Shown: positions 13,997 to 28,969 of the stretch, piece after piece
How the letters are laid out: every line of letters starts with the position of its first letter
Position numbering within the stretch: the first letter of the stretch is position 1
Assembly: GCA_023515725.1 (NCBI GenBank)
Contig: JALDTO010000024.1
Span: 1 to 63,807, forward strand
Length of the DNA: 63,807 nt
From: Amoeboaphelidium protococcarum X5
Taxonomy: Eukaryota > Fungi > Aphelidiomycota
Direction of reading: 5' to 3'
The notes under the pieces: model-generated
Told to the model about the DNA's origin: nothing
Database searches by the model: none
What the model saw: only the letters and a program-made list of their open reading frames with translations
Made by a program: the position numbers and the translations under genes

Positions 13997-15148
13997 ATGA
14001 ATACTTGGGATTTTATCAGAGGATTTGTGTTTGGATAATTTTTGCTGTTGGCCCTGCTGTTGTTCTTGGTATAACTGCTCTTCCTTAAAGGTCCATTTGA
14101 CTTACGGCGAAGTAGAGCAAGAAAGTAGTAGTAGTAGCAGTAGTAGGCTATAAATTAGAACAGTGTGAATGCGATTAATGATAAAATATTGAAAAAATCT
14201 GTGACTGAGCATAGTATTTACAGTCAGATACTGGATGAGGATAGTATTAATGGACTGAGTACTGGCGGCGATTAGTTCTCATCATCTTCTTAGAGTGTCT
14301 CTGACCGTATAAAAGAGGCCACCCTGTTCTTATAAGAGATTGGTTATGACTTGTCCAAGGTGGAGTCTGCAGAATGGCTACATGCCATCATATCCTTCAT
14401 GATCAAGTCTGCTTCCAAGAGCGATAAACTTCGGAATTAGGTTAGATCTAGGATTCTGCAAGTATTCAATGGTGGTAATGACTCGGGCGGATAACAATAA
14501 TAATAATAGCAATCGTCGTTCATATCGAAAGTCTTGCAGTCGCCTAGAATATATCAGTTGCGTCTCTTTTATCCCCTATCAGATCTGTCGCAATAATAGC
14601 AATAGTAGTAGTAATAATCGAACATTGGTGATTCAATTGATGCATAGGCTACCCCCATCACACCTAGTATGAAGACTTTTTAATTTGAATCTGAAGATGC
14701 GTCGAGTAAATCTACAGTAAGCAATGTGTAGATTCGAACATCTCCTGAGGGTTATCTCTCACTGGTATTTGATTTATCTCTCCGCAATGTTATTTAATTA
14801 TAGTTTGACACATGTCTGCTTCTCAATTGGCCCATGGATAGATTTGCCGGTCTCCCGCTGACTCTTGACCTGTAGTTGGAGCGACTGGATGCCACTGTCT
14901 GTATTGCCTTTGTGACGCGGTCTGAAGATAATTCCACTGTTACTCTGTAATTGCGGTTGCTGCCAGAGTTCATTATCGATTTACAAGTAAAGTCATTGCT
15001 GGGGGAGAAGACCAAGTTGAAGGATCTGCCTCGAATTCAAGATCTTATACGCGCCGCCCTCTATGATTATATTGACGACCATTTCGTACGGCAATCAATG
15101 ACCATCTCAAGTATAGACTTTTACACTGACTGCATGGCGTCCTCTTGA
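13997..15148 (+). CDS. MMM1: ERMES subunit Mmm1 (N-terminal TM + SMP domain)
   Basis: WDFIRGFVFGQ(TAA)FLL TM anchor, ESAEWLHAII, VKSLLGEKTKLKDLPRIQDLIR; 383 aa, TGA. Confidence 0.85.
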
Positions 15149-15475
15149 TCTGTCTTTCTCTCATTCTTATGTCTGTTACTCTTTACAATTATCGATATGT
15201 TATCTTTTCGAAAACACATGGGGAGTATATTCTTGGTGCTTGTCAGTGTTACGATAAGTAAATTTGTCACCTTGAAACTGTATCCCGGCCACTTGTTAAA
15301 TTGAGAGAATCAAGTTATGGGCTGATAGTTGAACAAATGAGATACAATAAAGCGTCTATGAAGAAAGTATTGGTATATTCAATTTCACACACATATCGAG
15401 ATGCTATCATGAATTTAATCAGAGAGATGACTATTCAATCCAATTCTGCTCAATTTAATGACACCAAACATAATA

Positions 15476-16618
15476 TCAATTAGATGACGCGGAGGAGGCG
15501 GAATTCAGCTTCTACAATTAATTCTAATCAACATCTTGAGATTACTCATTGAGGGCATTATTAGATATGGCGGCAAGCATGCGCATAAACTCTCGCTTCC
15601 TAGTGAATATAAACATCATTCGTTCCCTGATATCGCGCATAGTCTCTACAAAAAGCATCTCATTGGCGTAAACTCTCTCACCAGCATTAATTGCAATGGT
15701 ACACAACTATCTCAGTTCCTCATCTTGTTCCATCTCACCACTAGCACCTATATCATCACCATTAGCACCAGCATTGGATCGATTCAGAGTACCCAAAAGC
15801 TCACCAAATGCATTCAGATTGTATTCATTATGCAATACGTTGAGAAAGCGCCGGAGTGAGCGCAACTGATCATTGCACAGCTCAATGTATTACATCAGAT
15901 TCTTGCACAGAAATTCATATTTACAGTTCATCACGTAATGTCTCCGACTAATTATAGCAGACATTAGCTGGTCCACCTCCAAATCATTAAGTCCAACAGA
16001 TGCGCCACTAGGAGGTGCAGACATGAGAGGATTTAGAATATGGGCAAGTGATATCTAATCATATGGATCCTGCTTTGAATCACTTTTTAGTAATGCGAGA
16101 ACTGGACCATCTTGGAACTGATCGCTTTAAAGGGATTGTTATTATTACGACTATTACTGACTCTGCACACGATCACCATCTAGCGTTTGATTATAACTAT
16201 AAGCATTAGCATTGGGTTAAGTACTACTTTTTTAATGAGTATATCTGCGAATCTTAATCATGGCATCGAGGGCTCCATTGACAAGCTAAGCCTCCTCTGG
16301 ATCATGACCGCTAAAAGACTAGTTATAACTATGCGCCAGGTACAAAGGCTCCTTCATCAGAAGAATATCTACCAATGACACAGTTTCATTGATAGAATTA
16401 GTCAGTTTACTCTCGCGTAAAAGAGATCTTCTCTTCACTATGGGTACGTATGACGACTATCCACCATCTACTGTAGGATGAAGGTCTTATGGAGTGTCCT
16501 TATGATGAGAATCCACCTGTCCATTCAGCGATTACAACTTTAGCTTAATAATTCTACTCTTCTTACTTCCCTATTGTTATGACTACTACTACTTTTATTA
16601 TAACTATAGATCGGTCAT
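15476..16618 (-). CDS. Gln-rich protein, possibly Rxt2-like (Rpd3L HDAC complex subunit)
   Basis: 380-aa frame MTDLQLQQKQQQ to TGA at 15476. DPYDQISLAHILNPL, YIELCNDQLRSLRRFLNVLHNE and ELRQLCTIAINAGE resemble Rxt2 blocks. The CDS is solid; the family is tentative. Confidence 0.6.
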
Positions 16619-16820
16619 ATTGCAATTACTATTAATAACAAAAACCGGATAATTATTATATTCGAGTAAAAGACTTTTAAAGAGTGAAAAGAGAAGAGCG
16701 GCGCGACGGTCTCCTTCCAAAGCCTTTAACATTACGCATTAGTCCACAGTATACACTCCTTACTAACATTAATTCCTGTTATAATAAGAATCGCTGTATA
16801 CTGAAAGCACGCATATAAAT

Positions 16821-18125
<1,305 letters not shown>

Positions 18126-18187
18126 TCTAAACAGATTGAATATGAGAATACTACACTATTTTATTAACATTAGTCATACAAAATGTA

Positions 18188-19834
18188 TCAGCCGTCATAC
18201 GAAAACTCGGTAATTGAACCATTCCAAGAAGTGGCGGTCAGAACTGGGAGATACGGGTGCCAACAAACGTCTCGCACAACAGTACTGTGACCGTAATAAT
18301 CAGCATAATGTGACGCATCACCTGTGGCACCAGTAGCATCAAGTCTTTGCACAACACTTCCATAAATATCATAAATGTACACAAAACCATCCTCACTGCC
18401 AGTATAAAAGTACCTGGATCCCGTCGTTTCCAGAGGGGAGAAATCACATCGGATCAGAGTTCTTAGTACACGATGCCCGGTAAATGTCATGACACTTTGA
18501 TCATACGGATGTAATTTCATCTACTTGTATGGATAATCCATGTATCTATAGTCCCAGTCCAGTCTCATATCTCGATGATCCGCATCCACATTGCTCTAAA
18601 ACTGAGTATTGGATATCAATTTGCGCATATCCCACAACTTCATGGTCTAATCTTTGGAATTGCTCAAAACATAAACACCGTCTCCTTTACTAGCCACGTA
18701 CGTCAATCCCTCTGTATGTCCACACAGTATTCCAACATCTTGGTACATGGCACGTCTATCATACACCTTGATCAAAGTATCATCGGATGCACTCATTACA
18801 ATGTTTGCATCCTGGTTAGACACAAAACAGACACTATTCACATCGTCCGTGTGTGATTAAGAGTTAAATAACACCTGGTTAGTCTCAATATCAAAGACAC
18901 AGACGCTTCTATTAGACGTGCCCGCCACTAGCTCCCGTCCATCTGGAGAAAATCTGATAGACCAGATGCCAAAGTGTCTCCTACCACTCTGACCATAAGA
19001 TGTCGATATTCCCTGAGTCAAATCGAAATCAAACTCTTGAGACTAATCCTTAGACATCGATGCCACATGGACAATTGGGGTTATTGAAGAGTAAGCAACC
19101 AGAGTATTAGAGCTATTTAATGTCGCATCAGTAATAGTCCATTACCCATGCTCAGCTTCAACTGTCTTGATAGACTTCCATTAACCATTATTATATAAAC
19201 GTGTTTAAGGACCGTCATTATCATCGCCATTTTATGACTACTCTTAGAATTACTAACAATCAAATATGTGCACTTTAAAGTCTTGGGTGGCAGAATAGAA
19301 ATAACGTCCGTTATCAGAATATTTACCGCAATATGGTCGATGCTGAAACTAAGCTCTAACAACAGGAGACTCATTAGATGGCATCATATGACTCAGTAAT
19401 GAATTCCCAGTTATCATACCGCACTTTCTTTACCAGATCTTATCACGTATACTTAATCTATCCACATTATCGTCCAGTTATATATAACCAGACGTGAGGT
19501 TATATTCAACAGCCAGTTCATCCAGAGTTTCTTTTGAATAGAATTTCTAAGCAATAGGAGGCACGCTCTCAACCTTCTACCGCTGCGTCAATGAGATATC
19601 ACGGGTATTCAATAATTGACGCCTTCTCAAAACGTACATCAGCGCCTATCCCAATGTACTATCATCCCCCAGGAAATTAGAGTCTTGTTCAGCATCATCT
19701 TCATATTCTTCAACGTCTGTATAATCTTCATCATTATCGTCTTCATCTTGCTCATATTCGTAATCCATGTCGTCATCGTCTTCATCAAAGATATAATCAG
19801 GATCCACAAATAAATTATCCTAACTCTCACTCAT
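18188..19834 (-). CDS. DCAF11: WD40 protein DCAF11/WDR23 (LEC14B family) CUL4-DDB1 substrate receptor
   Basis: Acidic N-terminus, YSATQDFKV, SASDDTLIKVYDRR, GHTEGLTYVASKGDG, MTFTGHRVLRTLIRCDFSP..TGSRYFYTGS. Confidence 0.9.
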
Positions 19835-20334
19835 ATCCCTTGTTGTATCTAAACGCGTGTTTAAAGAGTGCTACTATTATATAAATCTACCAGTTTTAAG
19901 AATATTCTAGCTATTACTACGTTATGTGGTAATTCTAGAACGGTACTGTATCAACCAAGTAAAAGCAAAACAATCAGATCAAATCAGAAAAGAAATTTGA
20001 GAAATCGCTTAGAATGACTCTGAAACAGTCACGCGATGCTCTATTAACGGGCACATGTTACACTATATATACCGACACCCAAGAGCTAATAAATAATCGC
20101 TCTATAAATTACATCTTATTATACATTATATATTGTTGATATTGAGAGAATTAGTTTTTATTACATGGAAAAGTCCATTAATTTGATTCAATTCAAGCCC
20201 TCTATAGTGTCGCTGCACTCATAAAACGCTTTGATTCTCAGTGTTGAATTTTCCTTTTTTGTAGAACGCAACTAGCATAATAATATCATCATCATCATTA
20301 AAATCAATCAATCAATAATATTTAATAACAATAA

Positions 20335-21753
20335 ATGGAGGAGTTTGATCATGAAGATAGTGGAAATGAGCAGGTGCAATTAAATCATAGCCAGTACTAG
20401 TCTATTATGAATAGTATAAAGCATCCATCCCGCAGATTGCTCAACTTGCACCAGAACTTTGCCAAAGCATCAGCTGGATAACTGGGTGAACCGCTCAAGA
20501 TGGAATTTGTTTCTTTATGGCTCAGAGATAATTATCTTGAAGGTGAGAAGCTTAATGTTCAGCGACACTTGGTCCTCCATCACTTGAATCAATACTGCGC
20601 TCATTACGGACTCCCGCAGGTTGGTCCATCTATGCTGGGCAAGGCTGTGAAGTAGATATTCCCTTCTGTCAAGATTCGTAGACTTGGTGTCAGGGGTCAT
20701 AGCAAGTATCACTATTGTGGCATTGGTCTCGCTGATTCTCGTGGTGGCCAAATGCTGTCTCCCGGCACTCCAGGTGGAATTATGGGTATTTTTGGTGGTG
20801 CTGCTGCTGGCGGTAATTATATATTGTCATCAAACTAGATGTCATTCTAACCTCAACTGGTGGCTGATACATTTCCATAGCCAAACGCTTTATTGTCCGA
20901 GTAAGAGACGTAAATACTCAGTTTGTATCAAGGACATCTATAAGCTGCACTTACTGCTTGTATAGATTAGAATATCATCTCATTAGAAGTTGAATTTTAA
21001 TCTATTGCATCTGTGATGAATGATATTGTGACGAGCTAGACGCTGAGTTAATCCGCCTTGGAATCTTTTGGTTCAATGCTGGATCAACTAGCCATAAGAT
21101 TGGATGCCGCAATGGATCAGTACTTGTGTTCATAGAGTGGCGATGAAGCTGCTGTATTGGATATTCGAAAGTTTTGCAAGAGCATTGAATCCACGTACAA
21201 ATCGTCGACCATAAGCTTCTAAGGCTCACCCTTTCATTAATATACATTGTCCTTGTTGAGTATATTCGTATAGTATGTGAGGCGAAAGTCTACCCTTTCT
21301 CACTTGGGTTCAACTCTGAATACTATACTGTAGGATGTGTAATAATGTAAACTATTGCAAGAGGAAGTGTTGAAAATTGATCTCCTGTCCATCTATGGTC
21401 AGTACTGTATGGTTGATCGACAATTTCCGTATCAGGATCTGTGTTAATTGATGAGCTAGTTGAATAATTTGCTAGCGGGTAGTCCATGCAATGTCTAGTC
21501 TTACGCGTACTTTGTATCAGAACAGCTGGAGGGTACTGCAGACAAGTTTCGGCTCAGCCGTAGAGCTCAGTACACTACTCTGGTGGTGCGCCTCGAGTAT
21601 TTGACATCGTTGATACTGCGAGATCTCACTCTACGATCGTCACCTGCATTTGGGTCTTTTCATATCCTCAAGCTGTTTACATGTGAATTTCTAGGCTACC
21701 TCATTGAGAATAAGTTGTGCTATTAATGCTAATAATAACCACAATAAAGTTGA
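20335..21753 (+). CDS. RFX: RFX winged-helix transcription factor with C-terminal dimerisation domain
   Basis: [41 protein letters not shown] (RFX DBD) and ILRDLTLRSSPAFGSFHILKLF (RFX dimerisation); 472 aa. Confidence 0.92.
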
Positions 21754-22442
21754 TTTCCCTGCTAAAGATTACTGTAAATTGATTTTTTAGGTGAGATTTA
21801 TGTAAATGCAATTCAGTAAGATCTTGGTGCAGTCACTTTGACTGAGCCATAGTAAGCTTCCGTCGCAATTTCGAATACTTTGTGAGAGCTCATAAACGTA
21901 ATTCCTTTAATTCGAGGTACCAAGTCTTGTCCAAATAATAGTAAGCTTTAATCACATGCAGTAACATATGAAAGCCCATTCCTCTAGCAACCGTAGTCAG
22001 CCGTGTAAGATACGATAAGTAAAAAAATGAAGAAACCTACTATGAATTTATTTGACAGAAGATCACTGATCAAATATGATATCTTTCAATCCGAGTTTTA
22101 CCAGCCACAGGCTACAGTCCGTACAAATCTATGCCTGTCACGTCTTAATACGCGAATGCAAACAATTTGCACTTCTCACAACCACATCCTGTCCTTTGTG
22201 ACAGCCATGTGTTGTCGAAGTGATTATAGCACGACTGACAATACCGTACTCTATGTCCTTCTGTTCGACCTAGTATAATTCTGGGCATATACTAGGATTT
22301 GTTATACTTATACCCACAGAACAAGCAGACCGGAACGTCAAGGTTGCCAAACGGACTAGAGTAAAATTTTGGAGATAGATTTAATTTAACGTTCAGCAAT
22401 GAGTTATCAGTTAGCTTCCGCATACGCCATTGCTAAATCACA

Positions 22443-22766
22443 TCAAGAGCTTATAACAGACTATGTTAAAATCTCCATCGATCGACTCCCAACCAAGTGA
22501 AGAATATGTTTGTAACTTAAGTACACCTATGACTGCAGTTCAAAAAGAACAGATAGCTAGTTAACGAACCCGCGGTACAACTCCCTATTTCCGGCATACT
22601 TCTCCGGCAATACCAGTTTCGGAGATTCAGAACGCTAACCTTCGCTAATGCGTACAGCTGCATGCAAGGTGTTACGCAGATTCTGATTTTCAATCTACAG
22701 CTAATGCAGAACATCCAACATTTCAGCATTAACGCCATCCGGAGTCTACGATCTAGGATCAGTCAT
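22443..22766 (-). pseudogene. Ty3/gypsy Gag (capsid N-terminal, PEG10/RTL-like) remnant
   Basis: Coiled coil followed by KLVLPEKYAGNRELYRGFVNQLSVLFELQ, typical of Gag PEKFDG..FxxQ. TGA at 22443 is followed by further stop-interrupted Gag-like sequence; no pol or LTRs seen. Confidence 0.6.
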
Positions 22767-23193
22767 GATCGTGTCAATTGTTACGTTCAAGAAGCCAATA
22801 AGTCACATGTACACGAAATTAAAAAAGTCTAAAAAAATGCAATTTAGCCTTAACTCGGTAATCAGCCAGCATCAATAGCAAGGTAACTGCAATATGACTG
22901 CTACCCATGGCTAATCAGTTTCCTACAGCTGATATATTACTGAATCGAATTGTGAAGTCTCTGTTGATTCAAAGAGAAGAAGAACTGATGAGATCAATCA
23001 AGAAAGAGACGCGCTCGATCAAGACGCGTCAATTCTACTTTTCCGTTTCGGCCAGTCATCGTTTCGTTTTCTCACGTTAGTTGAAGTTTATGCATACCTG
23101 TACTGTACTTGCATCTTGATATACATATTTAACTTAATTGTACGAGAAGAAAGTATCGTAAAGTGTTTAAATTTTCGGGATTCTATATATAAA

Positions 23194-25218
23194 ATGACAG
23201 ATTCTAATAGTAGTACTAAGTAGACAAGTATGTTCCAACCACCAGAGTCATCTTTGAACCATGAGAACAAGAGACATCTGCTAAACATGGAACAGTATCA
23301 GTCAATGTACAGGGAGTCTGTTGAATAGCCTGAATAGTTTTGGAGTCGTCTAGCTATGGATAATTTGTCTTGGATTAAGCCATTCAGTAAAGTGTTTGAA
23401 GGAAGTTTTGCGGATGGATAGGTGAAATGGTTCAGTGACGGTGAGTTGAATGTCTGTTACAATTGTGTTGATCGACATGCTCAGCGTGATCCTTCTTAGA
23501 TAGCCATTATTTGGGACTAGGATTAGCCTGGATAAAGTGTCAAGATTACGTACGGGGAGTTACTTGATCAAGTTTGTCAATTGGCTAATGCTCTTAAATC
23601 TCTTGGTGTTAAGAAGGGGGATGTCGTGGCGATATATATGCCCATGGTACCTGAGGCAGTATACGCAATGCTGGCTTGTGCTCGTATTGGTGCAATACAC
23701 AATGTAGTGTTTGCCGGATTCTCGTGTGATGCGCTACGTGATAGAATCAATGATGCTGGGTGTAAAGTCCTATTGACTGCAGACATTGGCAGACGTGGTG
23801 GGAAAAAGATTTAGTTGAAGCAGATTGTGGATGAGGCTCTATCTGAGTGTCCATCAGTGCAAAAGGTTTTACTATTCTGTCATAGTGGTGACGATTAAGC
23901 TTTGAAGGCCCAGTTTACAGCTGGAAGGGATGTACTTTGGTAAGAGTTTGTCGGTAAGTAGAGTAAATAGTGCGCAGTTGAACCTATGAATGCAGAAGAT
24001 CCTCTATTCATCTTGTATACTTCAGGTAGCACTGGGAAACCGAAAGGGATAATCCATACATAGGCTGGCTACTTGTTGGGCGCAATGACAACGTTGAAAT
24101 ACACTTTTGATCTTCATCCTGCGTCTGCTGGGGATGTGTTTGCATGCGTTGCAGATGTTGGGTGGATAACCGGTCACTCGTACATTGTATACGGACCTCT
24201 GTCCAATGGTTGTACTACGGTTCTCTTTGAATCTATCCCCACCTACCCGACGCCTTCGAGATATTGGTAGTTGATCGATGAACACAAGGTTACTCATTTC
24301 TATACTTCTCCAACTGCTATTCGTGCTCTTAAACGGCTTGGTGATTAGCATGTGGCCTCGGCTTAGTTGTCATCTTTGAGAGTTATTGGCAGCGTTGGTG
24401 AGCCGATCAGTCCCGAGACTTGGATGTGGGTGCACTCAGTCGTTGGTAGAGGTCGGTGTGCAATTGTGGACACTTATTGGTAGACAGAGACGGGTTCATT
24501 TATCATTGCACCATACGCATCTGTGACTAGTACAAAGCCTGGATCTGCTACATATCCTCAATTTGGCATTAAGCCAGTAGTGTTGGATCCCACCAATGGC
24601 CACGTGTTGTAAAGGATGGATGGTACTGATGATGAAGTGACTGGAGTTCTATGCCTTTCTCAGCCATGGCCGTCTATGGCTCGTAGTATTTGGCAAGATC
24701 ATGATAGATTTAAACAGACTTACTTTTCCACATACAAGGGATACTATTTTACTGGAGACGGTGTCAGTGTGGACAAGGATGGATATTATTGGATAAAAGG
24801 CAGAGTTGATGATGTCATCAATGTGAGCGGGCATCGATTGTCAACAGCGGAAATTGAAAGTGCTCTTGTCCTATACAGTGGATGCTCAGAGGCGGCGGTA
24901 GTCGGTGTGCCTGATGACATCACTGGCCAGAGTATCCTGTGTTTTACTATTATTAAAGCTGAGGGACAGGCGTAAAAAGATGAGTAGACTATTTAAAAGG
25001 AACTGATTGCACAGGTCCGGCATCACATTGGACCTTTTGCGACCCCAAAGAGGATTTTGATTGTGAATGATCTTCCAAAGACTCGCAGCGGGAAAATTAT
25101 GAGACGGATATTGCGTAAAATTGCCAGTCATGAAGAGGATTAACTGGGCGATTTGAGCACTTTGGCTGATCCATCAGTTATCGACAGTCTCATAACCAAA
25201 GTTAAGTAGCTAACGTGA
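23194..25218 (+). CDS. ACS: Acetyl-CoA synthetase (AMP-forming)
   Basis: [29 protein letters not shown](TAG)[40 protein letters not shown]; 674 aa. Confidence 0.97.
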
Positions 25219-25321
25219 TTCTAAATGTCACCTTAAGAAATTTGAAATTGATTAATTTTAATGTTCTAGTCGTTTTGTCACGTTCGAATCTTCTTTTCTT
25301 GAAATTCGGGCCGAAACTGTA

Positions 25322-26359
25322 ATGGCTAAAGAGAATCTTTTAATACGGTAACTGGTTGCCACCTAGTTGCTTCAGAATAGAAAAGGTCATTTAAACATTA
25401 GTAACCATGTCCTTAACTCTGATGTTACTCGCTTATAATTGAATTAGAATTTGACTGAGATACCTGATAGTCCAGAGTTCAAACTGCCTAGTAAAGACTT
25501 TAAAATCTAAAACAAGTCATAGTCTCTAACAAAAACGCCTCTGCTATATGATAGAATGTCTTACTCTATGGATCTACATCCGCTCATTAAGGAATCTGAA
25601 ATTGAAAGTGATCAAAATAAAGAGTAAAGTATCGTAACGCCAAAGATCAAAGGTAAACCGCAAAGCACGGTACATCGGGGAACTCATTACGAGTACAGTG
25701 TCATGAACTACTTTCATCGCCTTAATCAAGATGAAACTGGTGTCCGCTTCAGTCTGCAATGCTGTGGAGGTAAGAGCGATGGTGGTGTGGATATCTGGGG
25801 CCAACTGCAGACTGCTGATAATAGTAAATAGTACAGAGTAGTAGTATAGTGCAAGAATATCAGTCGGAAAATGTCCGTTTCAACCGTGCGCGAGTTTGAG
25901 AACGTTTTGACGCGTCTCCATTCGGATCAGACGGAGATTCAGAATTTTGTTTTATCGCGAAACAGAAAGAAGTCGCTTCTCAGTGGTGTGGGTACGTAAT
26001 AATGCATGAACGTGGAATCTGATAGTGCTTGGCAGTAGGAATCTCGGTTGGTGGGAGTTCTCGCTTGTACGTAGAATCTCTCTTCGACCGCGTTCAAGCA
26101 GTTTAAGAATTCTCCAATGTCGATGATATTTCTCCACTATGCAAAGTGCTCACTTGCTCTGCACTCTGGGGACGCGTTGAAATAGTACAAAGAACATGTA
26201 GTTCAATCAATACAAGTAAACGAAGCATTTTAACGCGATGCAAAGGGTATAGCTGACATTCTATTTATGCTCAAAACAAGTCCTCTTTCAATTTAATCAG
26301 TTTCTGATTCTTCTCCTGCTTCTGATGCTGTTGCTGCTATTACTAATGATTCTGTTTGA
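25322..26359 (+). CDS. RRG7: Rrg7/DUF2034-like mitochondrial PD-(D/E)XK-fold protein
   Basis: STVHRGTHYEYSV, GGKSDGGVDIWG, VVVQCKN, VREFENV; 345 aa, TGA at 26357. Confidence 0.8.
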
Positions 26360-27170
26360 TGTGCTGTTTATGTAACTTGTACATTTATTAAATTCTTATG
26401 CTCTCCTCTTTAAGCATCTACTCTCTATACAGCGATTTAACAGTAGTGCCTTCATCAGTAGATGATTACTTGACAATTTCCAGGGATAATGATGATGATT
26501 ACTCTTTACGCAACAATTTGTTGGCATCAGCTTTACCCTTGATCTTTTTGGGAACTGCAAAACGCGGTGGCTCCTTCACTACATCATTGAACTTTACAGA
26601 TGGCGATGATGATGATTATTATTACTTCGTTGACTATTCTTCATCGTCAAACTCTGTGCCAGATTATTATTACTTGGCCAATTTCTTCTTTTATTTCTAC
26701 TTGTCAAAGTGCTCTTTCAACTTTTACTTGCGACGGGTAGTCTTTTTAACTGATCGCGCGACCATAGAGTTCAGCTGCTTTTAATTCGCAGTTGATTTTA
26801 CCTACTTGCCTTTTTATGAAGGTGCGATTCTAGAGGAAGTGGTAGACTATGCAGCAGCATCATCATCATCATTCTACTGCTTCTTTGATGCGGTCGACTG
26901 CTTGGCCATCTCAATCAATTATTGCATTCGTTTGAAAGAATTCGGAGTATCTTCATTAATATCATTACCACCACCGCGACTTTATTTACGTTTCCTCTTC
27001 TTCTACTTAGAGACTGACGATGCATAAGGATCTTGATCGTATCCATGATCTTTATCGCGTCTACACAATATAAATGCATTTAATACTGCGTTAACTACGA
27101 GTAATCACTATATAACTTACCTTTACTATAACAGTCTCTCCAATTTCTCTGGGTGATACTTTTTGACCAT
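26271..27170 (-). CDS. CCDC137-like basic nucleolar protein; intron 27061-27120
   Basis: MVKKYHPEKLERLLQQR|RDKDH; the 60-nt GTAAGT..TGTAG intron contains an in-frame TGA. Motifs EDTPNSFKRM and SVKFNDVVKEPP; K/Q-rich; first TGA at 26271. Confidence 0.7.
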
Positions 27171-27312
27171 TTTTTATTAGACGGTTTTGTAAACGTTGCA
27201 AAACTAAAGGACACTTCGATTGCTTTTGAAAATTGTATAAAAAGCCTTTCAGATTTATAATACATAATAATCACCACTGTATATTGAATACTTATTAATA
27301 CTCTGAATAAAT

Positions 27313-28341
27313 ATGGGAAAGAAGCCATTTATTGATAAGAAGAATGCGCGTACATTCCATGTTGTACACCGATCCATGAGAGATCCTCTGGCATATGATG
27401 AAGATGCTAATCAGTACGTGTTAAAAGAGATATCAGACAATTAATAACGACCTGCTTAGGATGATGATGACCATAATCACGATGATGAATACTCTGAACT
27501 GGAAGATGACAGCGATGTTATGGTGGGAGAAGCTGCCAAATATGGAATCTATTATGAAGACTAGATGGAATACGATTATCTGTAGCATTTAAGGGAAGTT
27601 GGTTAATCACAAGATGCTGTGCTTATAGAAGCTCCAAAGAAGAACATTGTACCAGATACACGCACCGACCTCGATCTGCCTAATGAGATATTCGCGTCTC
27701 GACGTGAGATTGATGCAGAGTTGTATCATGGCTTGAAAGCTGATGACTTAAATGACAACGTTGGTCTGCGCGAAGAAATGCTTGACCCGGATGTGCGTGA
27801 TGTTATGGAGGCTCTTAGTGAGGCTGAAGAGTATCAAGACGCGTTTGATGAGGATTTTATTAAAGAGCTCAATGCCGGAGCTGAAGATTATGAAGATGGG
27901 TCAGACTTTAATGATGATTTAGACTCGGATGACTTGGATTTTGATAGTGATGTCGCGTCAATATCCGATGATGCTATTGAAGTTAAACGCCCAACTAAGC
28001 CAATTATGAATGCGAAGAATGCACCATTGAACAGAGTAAAGAAAATGTCTAAACTGGAAGCTTTATCTAGCATGTCTCTATCCTCATCAGTGCTTCCGAG
28101 AAATGATAAACTCAGTCTTTTGGATGATCAATTCGATAAAGTCATGAACTAGTACGAGGATGACTGTATCGGAGAATTGTAGCCAGAAGATACTCTAGCC
28201 GAATGTCAGAGTCAACTGAAGACTTCAAATCAAAGTCAAGAATAACTACTGGCCATGGACATGAGTCAATTAGAGTCAGTAATGGACGAGTTCCTGCAAG
28301 ACTATGACTCGAAAGGTTACAAGCTCTCCAAAAAGCGATGA
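27313..28341 (+). CDS. LTV1: Ltv1 40S ribosome biogenesis factor (C-terminally short)
   Basis: MGKKPFIDKKNARTFHVVHRSMRDPL, GEAAKYGIYYED..YDYLQHLR, DPDVRDVMEAL, SMSLSSSVLPRNDKLSLLDDQFDKV; 342 aa. Confidence 0.92.
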
Positions 28342-28969
28342 ATATTCTGAATAGATTAAAATTATACTTTTATTGAATAGATTTATTGAATAGTTTAAAA
28401 TCACACTTGGAGAGAATCTCAATAGATCTCACCAATCTTCATCAAAATATATGCAATAGACAGTCACGCACTCAATCACTCTTCAATATAAATGATGAGA
28501 TGCGCCCCCTTTGGATAAATTTTTGCGCCACTCATCGCCAAGATCAGAGCCGAAATGGGACATGCGCCACAATCGGAAAGCAAAGCGCGAAAAGAGCCGA
28601 AAAGGTTGCGCTGAAACGGCAAGCGCCTCTCTCACTCTCCTGTGACGTCTTGCATCATTCTTCACTTTATCCGATTCGGGAAGTTTGCTCATTCATCAGC
28701 TGGAACGTCACAGTCAGTCATTTTTATCCTCAATTGCCATACTTTAGTGCATTTATTAAGTAGCGATTGTCGTTCTCTGTCTGTACTGAAAGCATTCATT
28801 CGCTCTATCTATATCTTGCCTATCTCAACTTAAGTTAATTAGTAACTGGCTCAGTCGTCTCTAGATGTTTACTCCAGATCCTGTGCTTAGCGACCCTGGC
28901 ACGACGTACACACTGTCGTCGGATAATTTGTGTAGTAACAAAGATGAAGATAATAACAAACATTGCCCT

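Noticed and set aside
26398-27027. Plus-strand ORFs rich in Y/F/D/S (26398..26784, 26806..27027)
   Set aside because: Antisense shadows of the K/Q-rich CCDC137-like gene.
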